A DNA stretch of 64,000 nt from a virus (taxonomy: Duplodnaviria > Caudoviricetes), in the IMG/VR virus record IMGVR_UViG_3300031418_000003; one strand, 5' to 3'. Made by a program: the position numbers and the translations under genes. The stretch's first letter is position 1. The number at the start of each line of letters is the position of its first letter. The notes below the pieces were generated by a model that had not been told where the DNA came from, ran no database searches, and worked only from the letters and a program-made list of their open reading frames with translations. Positions 1 through 10,478 of this stretch are shown in pieces.

Positions 1-886
1 CGTTGGTCAGTTGATGAATAGCGACCAAGTTAAAACCCAGGAGTGCTTGGAACAGACCAATGATGGTTGAATTAGGATCACCGGTGACATTGTTGTCACA
101 GTCTTCCACAGAGACTTTACGCGAAGTAATGACGTTACGCGTTGCGCCAAAGATAGCACGACGTGATAAACGACGCTGCATGAAACCACGCTTACCTTCT
201 TGCATATTAAAGAAGAAGTCAGCGATATCATTAAAGCTACCCTGAAGACCCCAGCGGATACTGTCATAAACAGGATCAGTTGGATCGATGTTCTTAATGC
301 TCAGCGATTTACTGCGGAAGATCAATTTACGATAAAGATCGTTGACTTCATTTTCAGTCACTACGTTACCGGTTCCGTTGGGAACAAATTCGATATCACG
401 AATGCCCGCCGGGATAACAATCACTTTGCTTGATAGGGCTTGTGATTTAAATTTATCAACAAGGTCGATCTTCTGTTTGCGTTTAAAGGATTCGTTTTGT
501 TTCGGATCCAATTCAGCAAAGTGACCCATAAAGAAAGCAAAGCCCGTGTCACCTTCGATGATGTTGGATTTTATGAAATCCTTCTCAACAGGATCCCAAG
601 TGGCATAAGCTTTGCCTTTAATGATTTCACCGTACAGACTCTTTAACTGAATCAGTGCTTTGAAATAGGTCGGGTTGAAGATGGGAAGTGTGACATCAAT
701 ATATGAAATGGTGGTATCACGTTCTGCGGTACCGACACGACCAAAGATTTCAGTAGAGTAAAGACCCTGATCATTCAAGTTACTGGTTTGTCCTTCAAAG
801 GCATCCGCAACAGTAACTGGCTTCATTAAAGCCCAGGGAACTTTATTGGGATCCAATAAAGTAAAGTTAGTGGGGTTTCTGCTCAT
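1..886 (-). CDS. Virion RNA polymerase beta-prime subunit, N-terminal part (phiKZ gp180-like); runs off the window start
   Basis: Not in the ORF track. Manual translation from ATG at 886 is open to position 1: MSRNPTNFTLLDPNK...QGLYSTEIFGRVG...VIVIPAGIRD...KRGFMQRRL...RNVIT. GLYSTEIFG resembles beta-prime GLFCERIFG and VIPAGIR resembles VLPPDLR. It is divergent from the tape-measure gene, as gp180/gp181 are in phiKZ. Confidence 0.88.
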   Translation of the reverse strand, partial: MSRNPTNFTLLDPNKVPWALMKPVTVADAFEGQTSNLNDQGLYSTEIFGRVGTAERDTTISYIDVTLPIFNPTYFKALIQLKSLYGEIIKGKAYATWDPVEKDFIKSNIIEGDTGFAFFMGHFAELDPKQNESFKRKQKIDLVDKFKSQALSSKVIVIPAGIRDIEFVPNGTGNVVTENEVNDLYRKLIFRSKSLSIKNIDPTDPVYDSIRWGLQGSFNDIADFFFNMQEGKRGFMQRRLSRRAIFGATRNVITSRKVSVEDCDNNVTGDPNSTIIGLFQALLGFNLVAIHQLTN

Positions 887-913
887 TTCTGAGTTTTCCT
901 AAAGAGGTAAAGT

Positions 914-3900
914 ATGGCCGATGATTTCGAGCTCGATTGGGGTGATGACCCCTTCGGTGGCGATATAGACTTTGATATGGATTTCGATATGGATCCGTTC
1001 AAAGGAAAAGGCTTTTTAAGATCGGTAGCAACGGGCTTCTTGCAAGGCATTGGAACAGAAACAGTAGGCAGTTCATCAGCTCGTTTTAGAACGGCACGAA
1101 CTCTCTTACCGGGTTCTTTTACCAACGCATTAGACAAAGCGTCATTTCTTAATGATCGCCTAGGTCAGCTTGCAGCGGAGTTCAGGGAAGAGAATGCCGA
1201 AGCTGCGAAATCCTTGCAAAACATTGCGACCCACATTAATCAGAAGATGGGGGATAAACTTCCCGGATTCATGAGCCAAGGGTTGGGTAATTTCAGTGCC
1301 AAAGATTTCTCTTCTTGGGAAAAACTGGAGTCACGTTCCGATCGTTTCGGTGAACGTATAGACAGTACAACTGAAAGCGATGTTGAACAAGCACTGGACA
1401 CGTCTATCAACGCCCAGGCTGGGATGTTCGCGTCATTGGGTGATTCACTCAATAGCATGACGGCAGCCGCCACGGGTGCGATACAGGCTTCTATTGGGGC
1501 TGGTAATCGTCAGTTGGTAAACATTGAAAGCGCAATGCGCGATACCCTGAGTTATTTGCGCAATGTTGATGCCAAGATCCAGCAAGCCCAGTTGAACTTA
1601 GCAGCGCGGACTTATGTTAACCAAGCCAAGTTCTACAAGTTCATGGAAGCAGGTGTTCATGCCGAAGTGGCTGAGTTAAAGAAGATCTCTAAATACTCCG
1701 GTATGAGTGACTTCGAAAAGACCAGTACCTTTACTGCTTCTAAAGCCTATATGCGCCAGCGCGTCTTTAACACGGTGGGTAAACGTTTAGGTGGACTGTC
1801 TGGTTTAATGCGCGACAAGTTCAGCGAAGAAAACCGTAAAGAAACTTACGGGGTTGTGGGTTCTCTTCTTAACAACGTCAGTGACGGGTTAAGCATGGCC
1901 GGTGATACCAACATGTCCCGTGGCATGATCGGTAACCTCATCGGTAACATGATGGCTGGCGTTGCGGTAGACCAGCTCCCTGCGTTCTTTAAACGGGGTC
2001 CGGGTAAAAAGGCAATTGACCGCCTGACCAAACTCTATCCAGAACAAGCTGGTTATATAAAGGAACAGATCGACAAACTCACAGATGTGGGTAACGTCAT
2101 TTCATACGCGTCAACGTCGGGCGTTGGGATGTTGAACTACATGGCGCAGAACTATCAGCCCATGGATGAAATGAAGTACGTTGATTACGAACATTACCTG
2201 GATGAATTACCACCGGGTAAGAAGCCGTTACCGAAAGCCGCTTGGACGGCCTTGAACGCCGCCAGTAACCGCGGTAAAGAAGCAATCAACAAACTGATGG
2301 GTGATACCACGAAAACTCGTGGAACACAATACACCCTGAAGAAACGTAATGTGAAAGATCTTAACCAACCCGGTATTTGGAAAGAGATCAACAACATCAC
2401 ACTGAACGAAGTCTTGCCTGGATTGATTTCCAAAACGAACACCCTTTTGGAACAGATGCGTACCGGTAAAGACGATGTGGAGTCGGTCAACTATAACTAC
2501 ATGCGGGGTGAGTTCCAAACGGATTCTCAACGCCGTATTTCAGTGCAAGCTGACTTGATGCCACACGGTGAGTTCCAGCGTTATGCGCAGGCTTCCTTGT
2601 CGCTGGTTGATTCAATTGACCCTGACAAAATGTTATCCCCGGCAACCCGCAAAGCTTTCGCTCAGCAGGTAGCTAAAGATATTGATTCGGAAATGGGCTT
2701 TAACCCGTATTACTATTTGGGTGACATTAAAGGAATGTCGTCGTCTGCTCAGAAAGAAGTGCACGCCGCATTAATGCGTCACTTCGGTATCACCACGCAG
2801 GATGTGGGAACCTTTAACAGTTCTGACAGTTTCCAGCGTATGAAACAGATGAGCAAGATGCCAACCAAAGAAGGTCGTGAACGCCTTAACAATGTGTCTG
2901 CCAATGCGGAGAACATCAAGGCTAACTTCCCGAATGTGGCTGAGCGTATTGACTTGTTGCGCTCTACCGGTAACGAACAGATGCTCCGTGACCTGGGTGT
3001 GATCTACACCGAGAACGGTATTGACAAAATCAATATCCAAGCCTTCCATGATCGTATCGGTCAGTATATGGATGACCCGAACAATCCAGTACTGCGCGGG
3101 GTTTCACCAGGACAGGGTAAGAAAGCACCTACTGTCGGTCCGGGGTTACGCAATATCGGTAACTCAGGCCCAACATTGAATCCGGTCGGAGATCTCAACG
3201 AAACGCTGCGTGCGCTGACAGAGAAACTCGGTGCAATACCTCAGGCTCAGGAACAAGCCCCTGCACCTCAAAATGCATCACAGGTAAACTTTGATTCTAT
3301 CACCGGTATCTTCACTGATATCAAAGAGAGCAACACCGGAATCCTGACCAGCACCAAAAGTATCGAAGGACTGATGAACTCCATGCTTGAGTTGGCCAAA
3401 GCCGGCAAGCTCATGACAGGTGCACCAAAAAGTGCAACCGCGGAACGTCAGGAAGAGTCTGCTAAGAAATCCTTCTTAGATAAAGTGAAAGGGTACATGC
3501 CAACCGGAATGCTCGGTAAAGGTATGGACTTTGTCATGAATCAGAACCCGATAGTGTTAGGTGGTATCTTAGGCTCGATCGGCGCCGCAGTGACCAGTAA
3601 GAACTGGATGCTTTCTGGTGCAATGGCAGCCGGTGGTTTAGCGTTGGGTGTCGCGATCGATCATTATCAACGCCGTAAGAACAAAAGTACCTCTGCTGAA
3701 GGTGCAGCGACTGCCCCAAGTGATGATGAAGACATCTTAGATGAAAAGGGTGAACCATTACTCAAATCAGCCAAGTTAAAAGCGGGTGAGTATTTCGACG
3801 CCGCTACACGTCAAGTCATCAAGACCTGGTCCGATATTCGCGGTCCTGTTATTGACGGGGTGACTAAAGCAGTTATTGGGGCACGTGACCTGGCTGGAAA

Positions 3901-6900
3901 GATCTTTGGTCCAGATGGTCGTGCTGTCGCGTTAAGTGGCTTACGTCGCGTTAGAGACGGCATAGTGGGCGCATATAACTTAGCTAACCCAATGGGTCGT
4001 CTGCGTTCATTAATGGACAGCGGAAAAGAACTGGTTTATCAGCAAGACGTTTACGTTAAAGGTCAAAAGGAACCTGCGTTACGCGCTACTGGATTCAAAT
4101 CTGGCAGCTACTACGTTCGTGATGAATCGGGTAACTTCAAACCAATTACGGGATGGAATGAAATTGATGGTCCGGTTTATGATGAGGAAGGTAACCAACT
4201 GGTTAGCGAAGCCGAGTACAAATCAGGACTGGTCACGTCGTCAGGTCTGGCTGTACGCAACATGGGCAGCGGTGTTGCTAGTGTGGTTGGCGGTGCAGCG
4301 GGGCTGGCTCGATCTGGCGTCAATGCCTTACTGGGAAAATTTGGTTACACAGCTCCAGGTGTTAAAACAGAACCTGGTTCCGCTGCTCAGAGTAGCCGCA
4401 GCTCATCTGGGGTTGAACATCGACTGGATCTGATTTATAAGATGTTGTCTCAGCATTTCGGTATCCCAATGGAAACAACGGGAATAACGGAATCTGTGCG
4501 CTCTGCTATTACGGGCGGTTCTGCCGGTCCCAAGATGCGCCTTAACTCATTGGCCTGGAAAAAGAAAGAGGCTGATGAAGAAGAGAAGCACAAGGTGAAC
4601 AAGGCAATCATTCAGATTGCTAAGAACACCAAAGGGATGGGTGAGGAACACGAAGATGACGGTAAGGGCAAAGGCTTCTTCGGTAAAATCAAAGACATGT
4701 TCATTGCGCTGGGTGGGTTTGGTCTGAAGTTGATCAAGAACCCAATTGGGACTATCGGCAGCATGATTTTTGGCAGCATGGTGAACTCAACTGTTCGTCT
4801 GGCGAAGATCGGTAGTGCGTTGTTCTCTGGTGTTCTGGGTGTTGCTTCTCCTATCTTCAAACTCATGAAGTGGGGGTTCAGTAAAATTGCCGCTGGGTTG
4901 TTAGGTGGTAGGGGTCGTGGTAGAGGCGGGATTGATGTCGATGTCGGTGGTGAACCGGATCAACGTGGACAATCTTCTCGCAGGCGGAGAAGGGCAAACG
5001 CCGGCGGTCGCAGAGGAAGACGCGGTGGTAGAATTGGTAGCTTTGCAAAAGGCGCCGCTTTCTCAGCCGTGGGTGCGTATGCGCTAGACTCTGTAATGGA
5101 TAATGACGAAGAAGATTATCAGAACGGTACTGAGGAATTGGAATCTGGACAACGTGATCCTGTTACGGGTCGTTATGCGACTACGTCTGACAAGATCATG
5201 GACACAGTAACCGATTGGCTCCCTCAGGGTAGCCTGGCTAAATCTGTCGTTGAAGGGGTACTCGGTCCCAAGGGATACGAAGATCTGGACAACAAAGGTT
5301 TATTCTGGACGTCTGACGGTAGCTTCTTTATGGATCGTCGTAAACGCGATGCCGCTCAGGCTGTGTTGGATGGCAAGCCGGTGATTAATAACGCACCGGG
5401 TGTTGATAAAGCTGCAACCAAACTGACCACCCAAAGAAAGATCCGTTTGGCAATGTACGGCGTTAACAACCCAGAGAGTAATCTGGCACGTCGCGTCATG
5501 GCACTGGAAAACCAGATGTATCAGTACGTGGTGATTCGGGGCGGGAACGCATCGTTGAAACCGGATACCCCAACAGCACAATTGGTGAACGCGTTTGCCG
5601 AAGGTGCCATGGACAAAGGAACTGATAAAGGTTCTGTGGGTGTGTGGTTCATGAGCCGTTTCAAACCGGTCTTTATGACGTTCAATGCGGCCGTGGCTGT
5701 TGAGAAGATGGGTGACATCGTCGAGTTCGATAACTCTAAAAGTTATGATGCAGTCAAAGTGGTTGAGAAGGTTCAACGTACTGTGGCTTCCATGAACCCG
5801 CCTCCATATTCTATCGATGTTCGTATCGACGCTAAAGAAGCGACCATGGGTCCTGAACAGACACGCGATGCGATTGCCAAACTCTTTGAGCAACTGAAGA
5901 AGGAACTTCCTGAGCCCGCGGAGCCTACCGCAGAATCTCGTACTGAAGCCGCTGAGACCCAAACCAAAGAAGCAGCTAATGCAGCACCTGCAGGAGCAAC
6001 CCCACAAGTTGCTACAGCGTCTGCACCGGGCACGGCATCTGCTGCCGCGGCAGCCTCTCAGAAAGCCGCTGACGGTACAACCGTTGCACCTGCTGATGTC
6101 ATGACCATTGACATCTCCGACATGTACCCAGGTAAGGATGGGAAGTTAGATCCATTCACCTTGGCACGTCTGGCAGTCTACGGTAACAACGCCAGTACAC
6201 CGTGGCGGTTGGAAGCTGTCTTGAAGTTGGAGCGTTATACTGAGAAGTTCATTATGATCTCAGGCAACGAAGCTCGCTTTACGGGTAAATCAGGTCAGTT
6301 GATGGAACTGTTTAAAGCAGCCTTCCATATTAACGAACGCAATACCCAATCCAAGAACAGCTGGTCATTGTGGTTCCGCGATCGTTTCTTACCAACCCTG
6401 ATGGAATACAGCAAACAGGTTTATAAACTCCGTGGTGGATTGCCGGCTAAAAACTGGCAGGGATTATCGGACACTAACCGTGCACAGATTGCTCGCACAT
6501 TAGTAAACCTGGTTGTATCGGTAGATGATAAACATGTGCCAGTGTGGACAGTAAAAGCATCACCATTCCCGGACTCTGATTCTAACTCTTACCCAGATCG
6601 TGCTGATCGTTATCTTAATGTGCTTGATGCGAAAGCTAAAGAAGCAAAAGCTAAAGATCCCGAAATGGAACAGGTGAAGAGTCAAGCTACCGATGCCGGT
6701 AAAGAAGAAGTTCTCCAACGGGCACAGTCTGCTCAGGCGAACAACGCTCGGACCCAATCTATCCTGGAGTCTGTTTATAAAACAGGTGCGACTGGATTTG
6801 GGTCAGGTGGCGGTGGAGCCATCCGTTCATTGGGCAGCAGTGGTGCAGCAGGTGGTGCTCAAGGTGGGTACTATCCAAATGCGACCATGAGTGCACCAGG

Positions 6901-8149
6901 AGGTGGAGCAGGTTCGGCTGGTTCCTTTATGGGTAAAGCTGACTCTAACTTCAACCCTGAGTTCATTAAGAAAGCGGGTGCGGATAAAGGGATTAAAATG
7001 TCACTGGCGCAAGGTGATCAGCTCATGCTGAACCATCTCGTGAAAGCAGGTTTCCGTGACAACAAAACCCTGGCTCTTGCATTGGCGATGGCACGCAAAG
7101 AAACCGGTGGATATCAGAGTACTGCTGAAGACACCAACTGGTCAGCTCCAACGTTGCTCAAGTACTTCAAGAACATCCCTGATGCGGCTACCGCACAGAA
7201 AGTTGCTGCGATGTCCCCTGTTGAACGTGCGATGTATGTTTACGGTCGTGCACCAAAAGGTCCTCAGTTAGGTAACACTAAACCAGAGGACGGATGGATG
7301 TACCGTGGACGTGGTCTGTTCCAGTTGACCGGTAAAGCCAACTACGAGGCCTTTAAGAAAGCGTCAGGTATTGATGTAGTTAGTCATCCTGAATTGGTTT
7401 CTGAAGATCCCAATGTAATGGCTCAATCGGCTGTCTGGTTCTTGAAGAACAATGCGGCAATGAAGTCAATTGCCAAGACAGGTGACTTCGACACAGCAGT
7501 AAGGGGTATCAACGGTGGTAATGCGGTTCCGGCTACGGATGAACGCCGTAACTATTACAATGACTATCTGAACAAGTTACGAAGTGGTGAATTAACAATT
7601 CCAGGTGGCACGGACAGTGCGGATGGAGCTGAACAGAATGATCAGGCAGCAATGGCTAACCAAGCCCCTGATGTTCCAGCGGCTGCAGACAAAAACGTTC
7701 CTGCTACTAAAGTTGTTAAGGGTGGGGCAACGGGCGCCCTGTTGGATCAGGCAGAGAAATCTTCTGCCCCTTCTAATGCAGGGTCCCCACCGCCTACAAG
7801 CAATGCCTCCCCGATGTCTCAGAGTACCGTGACATCCTCTGCACCGGCAGCAAGTAATGATAATGCTCCGGTAACCAATTCAAGCTCTACAGATAGCCCA
7901 GCGGGATCTCCGACCACACCTGCTACATCAGCTCCACAAAGTTCTTCCCCAGCGCCAGCATCGAACGCACGTCAAAATGCGCCAGCTGCACCTGAGCGGA
8001 CCAGAACAACCACGGGTGCGCCAGTTCCTGCTGCGCCTGTTGTTAGTGAAGTGGATAAAGCAATGGCGGATATCGGTGTTCAACAATTGACCGTCTTGAA
8101 AGAGATCAGTAAAAAGTTGGATTCTAAAACCCCTGCTGTACACATGTAA
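914..8149 (+). CDS. Tape-measure protein with C-terminal GH19 (chitinase/lysozyme-like) peptidoglycan hydrolase (phiKZ gp181-like)
   Basis: 2411 aa; GH19 signature YRGRGLFQLTGKANY (~7301), AVWF and INGG motifs; hydrophobic segments; adjacent to vRNAP beta-prime-N. Confidence 0.88.
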   Translation: MADDFELDWGDDPFGGDIDFDMDFDMDPFKGKGFLRSVATGFLQGIGTETVGSSSARFRTARTLLPGSFTNALDKASFLNDRLGQLAAEFREENAEAAKSLQNIATHINQKMGDKLPGFMSQGLGNFSAKDFSSWEKLESRSDRFGERIDSTTESDVEQALDTSINAQAGMFASLGDSLNSMTAAATGAIQASIGAGNRQLVNIESAMRDTLSYLRNVDAKIQQAQLNLAARTYVNQAKFYKFMEAGVHAEVAELKKISKYSGMSDFEKTSTFTASKAYMRQRVFNTVGKRLGGLSGLMRDKFSEENRKETYGVVGSLLNNVSDGLSMAGDTNMSRGMIGNLIGNMMAGVAVDQLPAFFKRGPGKKAIDRLTKLYPEQAGYIKEQIDKLTDVGNVISYASTSGVGMLNYMAQNYQPMDEMKYVDYEHYLDELPPGKKPLPKAAWTALNAASNRGKEAINKLMGDTTKTRGTQYTLKKRNVKDLNQPGIWKEINNITLNEVLPGLISKTNTLLEQMRTGKDDVESVNYNYMRGEFQTDSQRRISVQADLMPHGEFQRYAQASLSLVDSIDPDKMLSPATRKAFAQQVAKDIDSEMGFNPYYYLGDIKGMSSSAQKEVHAALMRHFGITTQDVGTFNSSDSFQRMKQMSKMPTKEGRERLNNVSANAENIKANFPNVAERIDLLRSTGNEQMLRDLGVIYTENGIDKINIQAFHDRIGQYMDDPNNPVLRGVSPGQGKKAPTVGPGLRNIGNSGPTLNPVGDLNETLRALTEKLGAIPQAQEQAPAPQNASQVNFDSITGIFTDIKESNTGILTSTKSIEGLMNSMLELAKAGKLMTGAPKSATAERQEESAKKSFLDKVKGYMPTGMLGKGMDFVMNQNPIVLGGILGSIGAAVTSKNWMLSGAMAAGGLALGVAIDHYQRRKNKSTSAEGAATAPSDDEDILDEKGEPLLKSAKLKAGEYFDAATRQVIKTWSDIRGPVIDGVTKAVIGARDLAGKIFGPDGRAVALSGLRRVRDGIVGAYNLANPMGRLRSLMDSGKELVYQQDVYVKGQKEPALRATGFKSGSYYVRDESGNFKPITGWNEIDGPVYDEEGNQLVSEAEYKSGLVTSSGLAVRNMGSGVASVVGGAAGLARSGVNALLGKFGYTAPGVKTEPGSAAQSSRSSSGVEHRLDLIYKMLSQHFGIPMETTGITESVRSAITGGSAGPKMRLNSLAWKKKEADEEEKHKVNKAIIQIAKNTKGMGEEHEDDGKGKGFFGKIKDMFIALGGFGLKLIKNPIGTIGSMIFGSMVNSTVRLAKIGSALFSGVLGVASPIFKLMKWGFSKIAAGLLGGRGRGRGGIDVDVGGEPDQRGQSSRRRRRANAGGRRGRRGGRIGSFAKGAAFSAVGAYALDSVMDNDEEDYQNGTEELESGQRDPVTGRYATTSDKIMDTVTDWLPQGSLAKSVVEGVLGPKGYEDLDNKGLFWTSDGSFFMDRRKRDAAQAVLDGKPVINNAPGVDKAATKLTTQRKIRLAMYGVNNPESNLARRVMALENQMYQYVVIRGGNASLKPDTPTAQLVNAFAEGAMDKGTDKGSVGVWFMSRFKPVFMTFNAAVAVEKMGDIVEFDNSKSYDAVKVVEKVQRTVASMNPPPYSIDVRIDAKEATMGPEQTRDAIAKLFEQLKKELPEPAEPTAESRTEAAETQTKEAANAAPAGATPQVATASAPGTASAAAAASQKAADGTTVAPADVMTIDISDMYPGKDGKLDPFTLARLAVYGNNASTPWRLEAVLKLERYTEKFIMISGNEARFTGKSGQLMELFKAAFHINERNTQSKNSWSLWFRDRFLPTLMEYSKQVYKLRGGLPAKNWQGLSDTNRAQIARTLVNLVVSVDDKHVPVWTVKASPFPDSDSNSYPDRADRYLNVLDAKAKEAKAKDPEMEQVKSQATDAGKEEVLQRAQSAQANNARTQSILESVYKTGATGFGSGGGGAIRSLGSSGAAGGAQGGYYPNATMSAPGGGAGSAGSFMGKADSNFNPEFIKKAGADKGIKMSLAQGDQLMLNHLVKAGFRDNKTLALALAMARKETGGYQSTAEDTNWSAPTLLKYFKNIPDAATAQKVAAMSPVERAMYVYGRAPKGPQLGNTKPEDGWMYRGRGLFQLTGKANYEAFKKASGIDVVSHPELVSEDPNVMAQSAVWFLKNNAAMKSIAKTGDFDTAVRGINGGNAVPATDERRNYYNDYLNKLRSGELTIPGGTDSADGAEQNDQAAMANQAPDVPAAADKNVPATKVVKGGATGALLDQAEKSSAPSNAGSPPPTSNASPMSQSTVTSSAPAASNDNAPVTNSSSTDSPAGSPTTPATSAPQSSSPAPASNARQNAPAAPERTRTTTGAPVPAAPVVSEVDKAMADIGVQQLTVLKEISKKLDSKTPAVHM

Positions 8150-8158
8150 GCGTAACCT

Positions 8159-8178
8159 AAGTGCCCTTCGGGGCACTT
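8159..8178. other. Intercistronic C(UUCG)G tetraloop hairpin
   Basis: aagtgccc-ttcg-gggcactt between tape-measure stop and next start; no U-tract. Confidence 0.6.
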
Positions 8179-8196
8179 AACTTAAAGGTCAAAGCC

Positions 8197-10419
8197 ATGA
8201 GCGTTACCATTGATTATAAAGACAGGAATATTGTTTCTCGCTCATTTCGTTTAATGAGTGAAGGGATTCGTGATCCAGAGAAAGTGTTAGTCCGTTCTGA
8301 CTATGACTTATATACCAGTTTCTTCTCCACTGCCATAGGGGATAGTAAATATATTAACCCCTTACCGGGTTTCAGTCGTAACACCGACCCCTATCCAAAG
8401 CCCGCAATGGAAAACCAATTGGGGAACGTGGGGCGTTACTATAAACGTATTCACCAGGACAATGCCATAGGGGTTACTCTGACCGCAGGTGTTCCTGAGT
8501 TTACTGGGATGATTACCTTTATCCTGAATATGTTTGATTATTCTGCTTCCGTTATGGCCAACAAAGGTCGTGCGCCTTCTTGGGCATTCTACATTGGACA
8601 GGCGGCGGGTGCGATTGCATTCTGGCCTGCTCAGATTGTGGCAACCTCGTTTAACTTCTTTGAGTATCTTACCAATACGCCGAAGAACAAATGGTATTAT
8701 TGTAAGCCGACCATGGGAATGTATTTCACTGCAGCCCAAGGTATCTTTAACGACCTGATGATCTCAGCAGGTTATGCGTTATCTGTTCTACCTTCTGATC
8801 GTCAGGAGCAGGGCAACCAGAAAGCCGGTGACCGTGACTTTGGTACCGGTGGGTCTAAGGGATACACCAAAGACACCGCGATGGCCAAGAGTAACATCTC
8901 TTATATGCACTCCATGTTCCCGGATGCGATTAACCCAGATGGTACAATTGATATCCTGAAAGTCTCTACCCGTGGTGTGCGTAAATTCCGTCACTTCATG
9001 AAGAAAATTCAAACGCTGGATGATCGTATTGGAATAAAAACTGTTGAGCAAAAAGACCGGGCTATCGAAGATATCTTGGATAACCTGATCAAAGACAGTG
9101 GATTCATGAATGCCAACGGAGGCAGTACTGCCGGAATCAGTACCCGTGATTACCTCATGCAGGAACTGAAGACGGTGGGTAAATCCCGTGGTATGGATGA
9201 GATCAACTATCCCGAGGTTGCTTCTTCTTATTCCAGTGCTGATGTGGGTAATAACATCAAGCCGACGAATGCTGCAGACCAATCAACCTCTGCGGTGGAT
9301 GGAAGTAAGTACGGGCAAGACCTTCAAGATAAAATGAAGGGAACCAATACCGAGAGTTTTGGTGTGGATAACTCCAGTGGTTCAGGTACGTCCTCATCAG
9401 CAACTCAGAGTACTGCGCAGTTAAGCGGTGATAACCCAACGACAATTGAGGGAGCCAGTGACGTTGACCAGAGTTCCTGGATGGGTCAGATTGGCCAGTT
9501 GTTAATGGATGGGTTCTACGGTGGCCTAGACGGCGTGACGTTCCGTACAGAGGGAACCGGGTCGGTATCTGACTCCTTCAGTAACAGCACGACACAATCT
9601 GCCATCGCCAGTACCTTTAACAGTACTGTCACCGCTGTGCAGGATTTTAAGTTTAACGTCTCTGGCGGACAAACTGGTATTGGGATCATTGATGAGTTTG
9701 TTGGAACTATTAAAGATGCAGTAACGGGTATTGCAGCAGGTTCGGTCATCGGTAACGTACCGTTGGCTTTACTGGGTAACTCCAAAGTAGATATCCCAGA
9801 ACACTGGGAAGATTCTTCCACTAACTTGCACAGTGAAAGTTTCAGTTTCTATTTTGAAGCACCTTATGCTCATCCGTATTCCATTGCCACCAATATCTTT
9901 TTACCACTCTCATTACTGATGCCGTTCATCGTACCGTTTTCAACCGGTGGGTCTACCTACACGTCCCCTTTCTTAGTTAAAGCGTTCAGTCGAGGCAAGA
10001 CCATTATTCGTACTGGTATTGTACAGAGTGCGTCGTTTGAGTTTGGTAGTGGTCCATTGGGTTGGACAACTGACATGAAGCCACGTAATCTGCGTGTTAA
10101 CTTGCAGATTGCAGATCTGGACAAAGTTATGTCGGTACCGATTACTCGTGTAACCAACCCACTTGATCTGTTGAACATTGCCAAACAGTCTTCACGTTAC
10201 TTGGGTGACACCGGTAAGTACAATGATTGGGTGAACCGTACAGCAGGTATCGACTACTTGGATACCGTGTTACGTTATAACGACCTTAACCGTCGTATGT
10301 CGCGTTTCACGGCTGATGCGAAGAACATGTTTAAACCTGCAACCATTGCCGGTGTAGTCAATGACTCCATCGTAGGTGATGTGGCACGTATCTTTACTGG
10401 TCGTCCATTGAATCGATAA
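8197..10419 (+). CDS. Putative baseplate/tail structural protein (phiKZ gp182-like)
   Basis: ~740-aa ORF (start taken at ATG 8197, MSVTIDYKD) directly after the tape-measure gene; call rests on synteny. Confidence 0.6.
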   Translation: MSVTIDYKDRNIVSRSFRLMSEGIRDPEKVLVRSDYDLYTSFFSTAIGDSKYINPLPGFSRNTDPYPKPAMENQLGNVGRYYKRIHQDNAIGVTLTAGVPEFTGMITFILNMFDYSASVMANKGRAPSWAFYIGQAAGAIAFWPAQIVATSFNFFEYLTNTPKNKWYYCKPTMGMYFTAAQGIFNDLMISAGYALSVLPSDRQEQGNQKAGDRDFGTGGSKGYTKDTAMAKSNISYMHSMFPDAINPDGTIDILKVSTRGVRKFRHFMKKIQTLDDRIGIKTVEQKDRAIEDILDNLIKDSGFMNANGGSTAGISTRDYLMQELKTVGKSRGMDEINYPEVASSYSSADVGNNIKPTNAADQSTSAVDGSKYGQDLQDKMKGTNTESFGVDNSSGSGTSSSATQSTAQLSGDNPTTIEGASDVDQSSWMGQIGQLLMDGFYGGLDGVTFRTEGTGSVSDSFSNSTTQSAIASTFNSTVTAVQDFKFNVSGGQTGIGIIDEFVGTIKDAVTGIAAGSVIGNVPLALLGNSKVDIPEHWEDSSTNLHSESFSFYFEAPYAHPYSIATNIFLPLSLLMPFIVPFSTGGSTYTSPFLVKAFSRGKTIIRTGIVQSASFEFGSGPLGWTTDMKPRNLRVNLQIADLDKVMSVPITRVTNPLDLLNIAKQSSRYLGDTGKYNDWVNRTAGIDYLDTVLRYNDLNRRMSRFTADAKNMFKPATIAGVVNDSIVGDVARIFTGRPLNR

Positions 10420-10433
10420 AAAAAAAAATAAGC

Positions 10434-10478
10434 CATAGCTCCTACTCTACCCTGATGGGTAGAGTAGGAATATGTTTG
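10434..10478 (-). terminator. Hairpin terminator (family 1) between convergent genes; identical 45-nt copy at 41974-42018
   Basis: 13-bp stem tcctactctaccc-tgat-gggtagagtagga; A-run ending at 10428 gives an offset U-tract on the minus strand. Confidence 0.8.

Noticed and set aside
5300-6033. Long antisense ORFs inside the tape-measure gene (e.g. 235 aa at 5300-6007)
   Set aside because: Antisense shadows typical of biased codon usage; no RBS or protein motifs.
10418-10428. Long poly-A runs as sequencing artefacts or phase-variation tracts
   Set aside because: They are essentially intergenic, sit next to hairpins and recur as the terminator U-tract; they do not disrupt reading frames.
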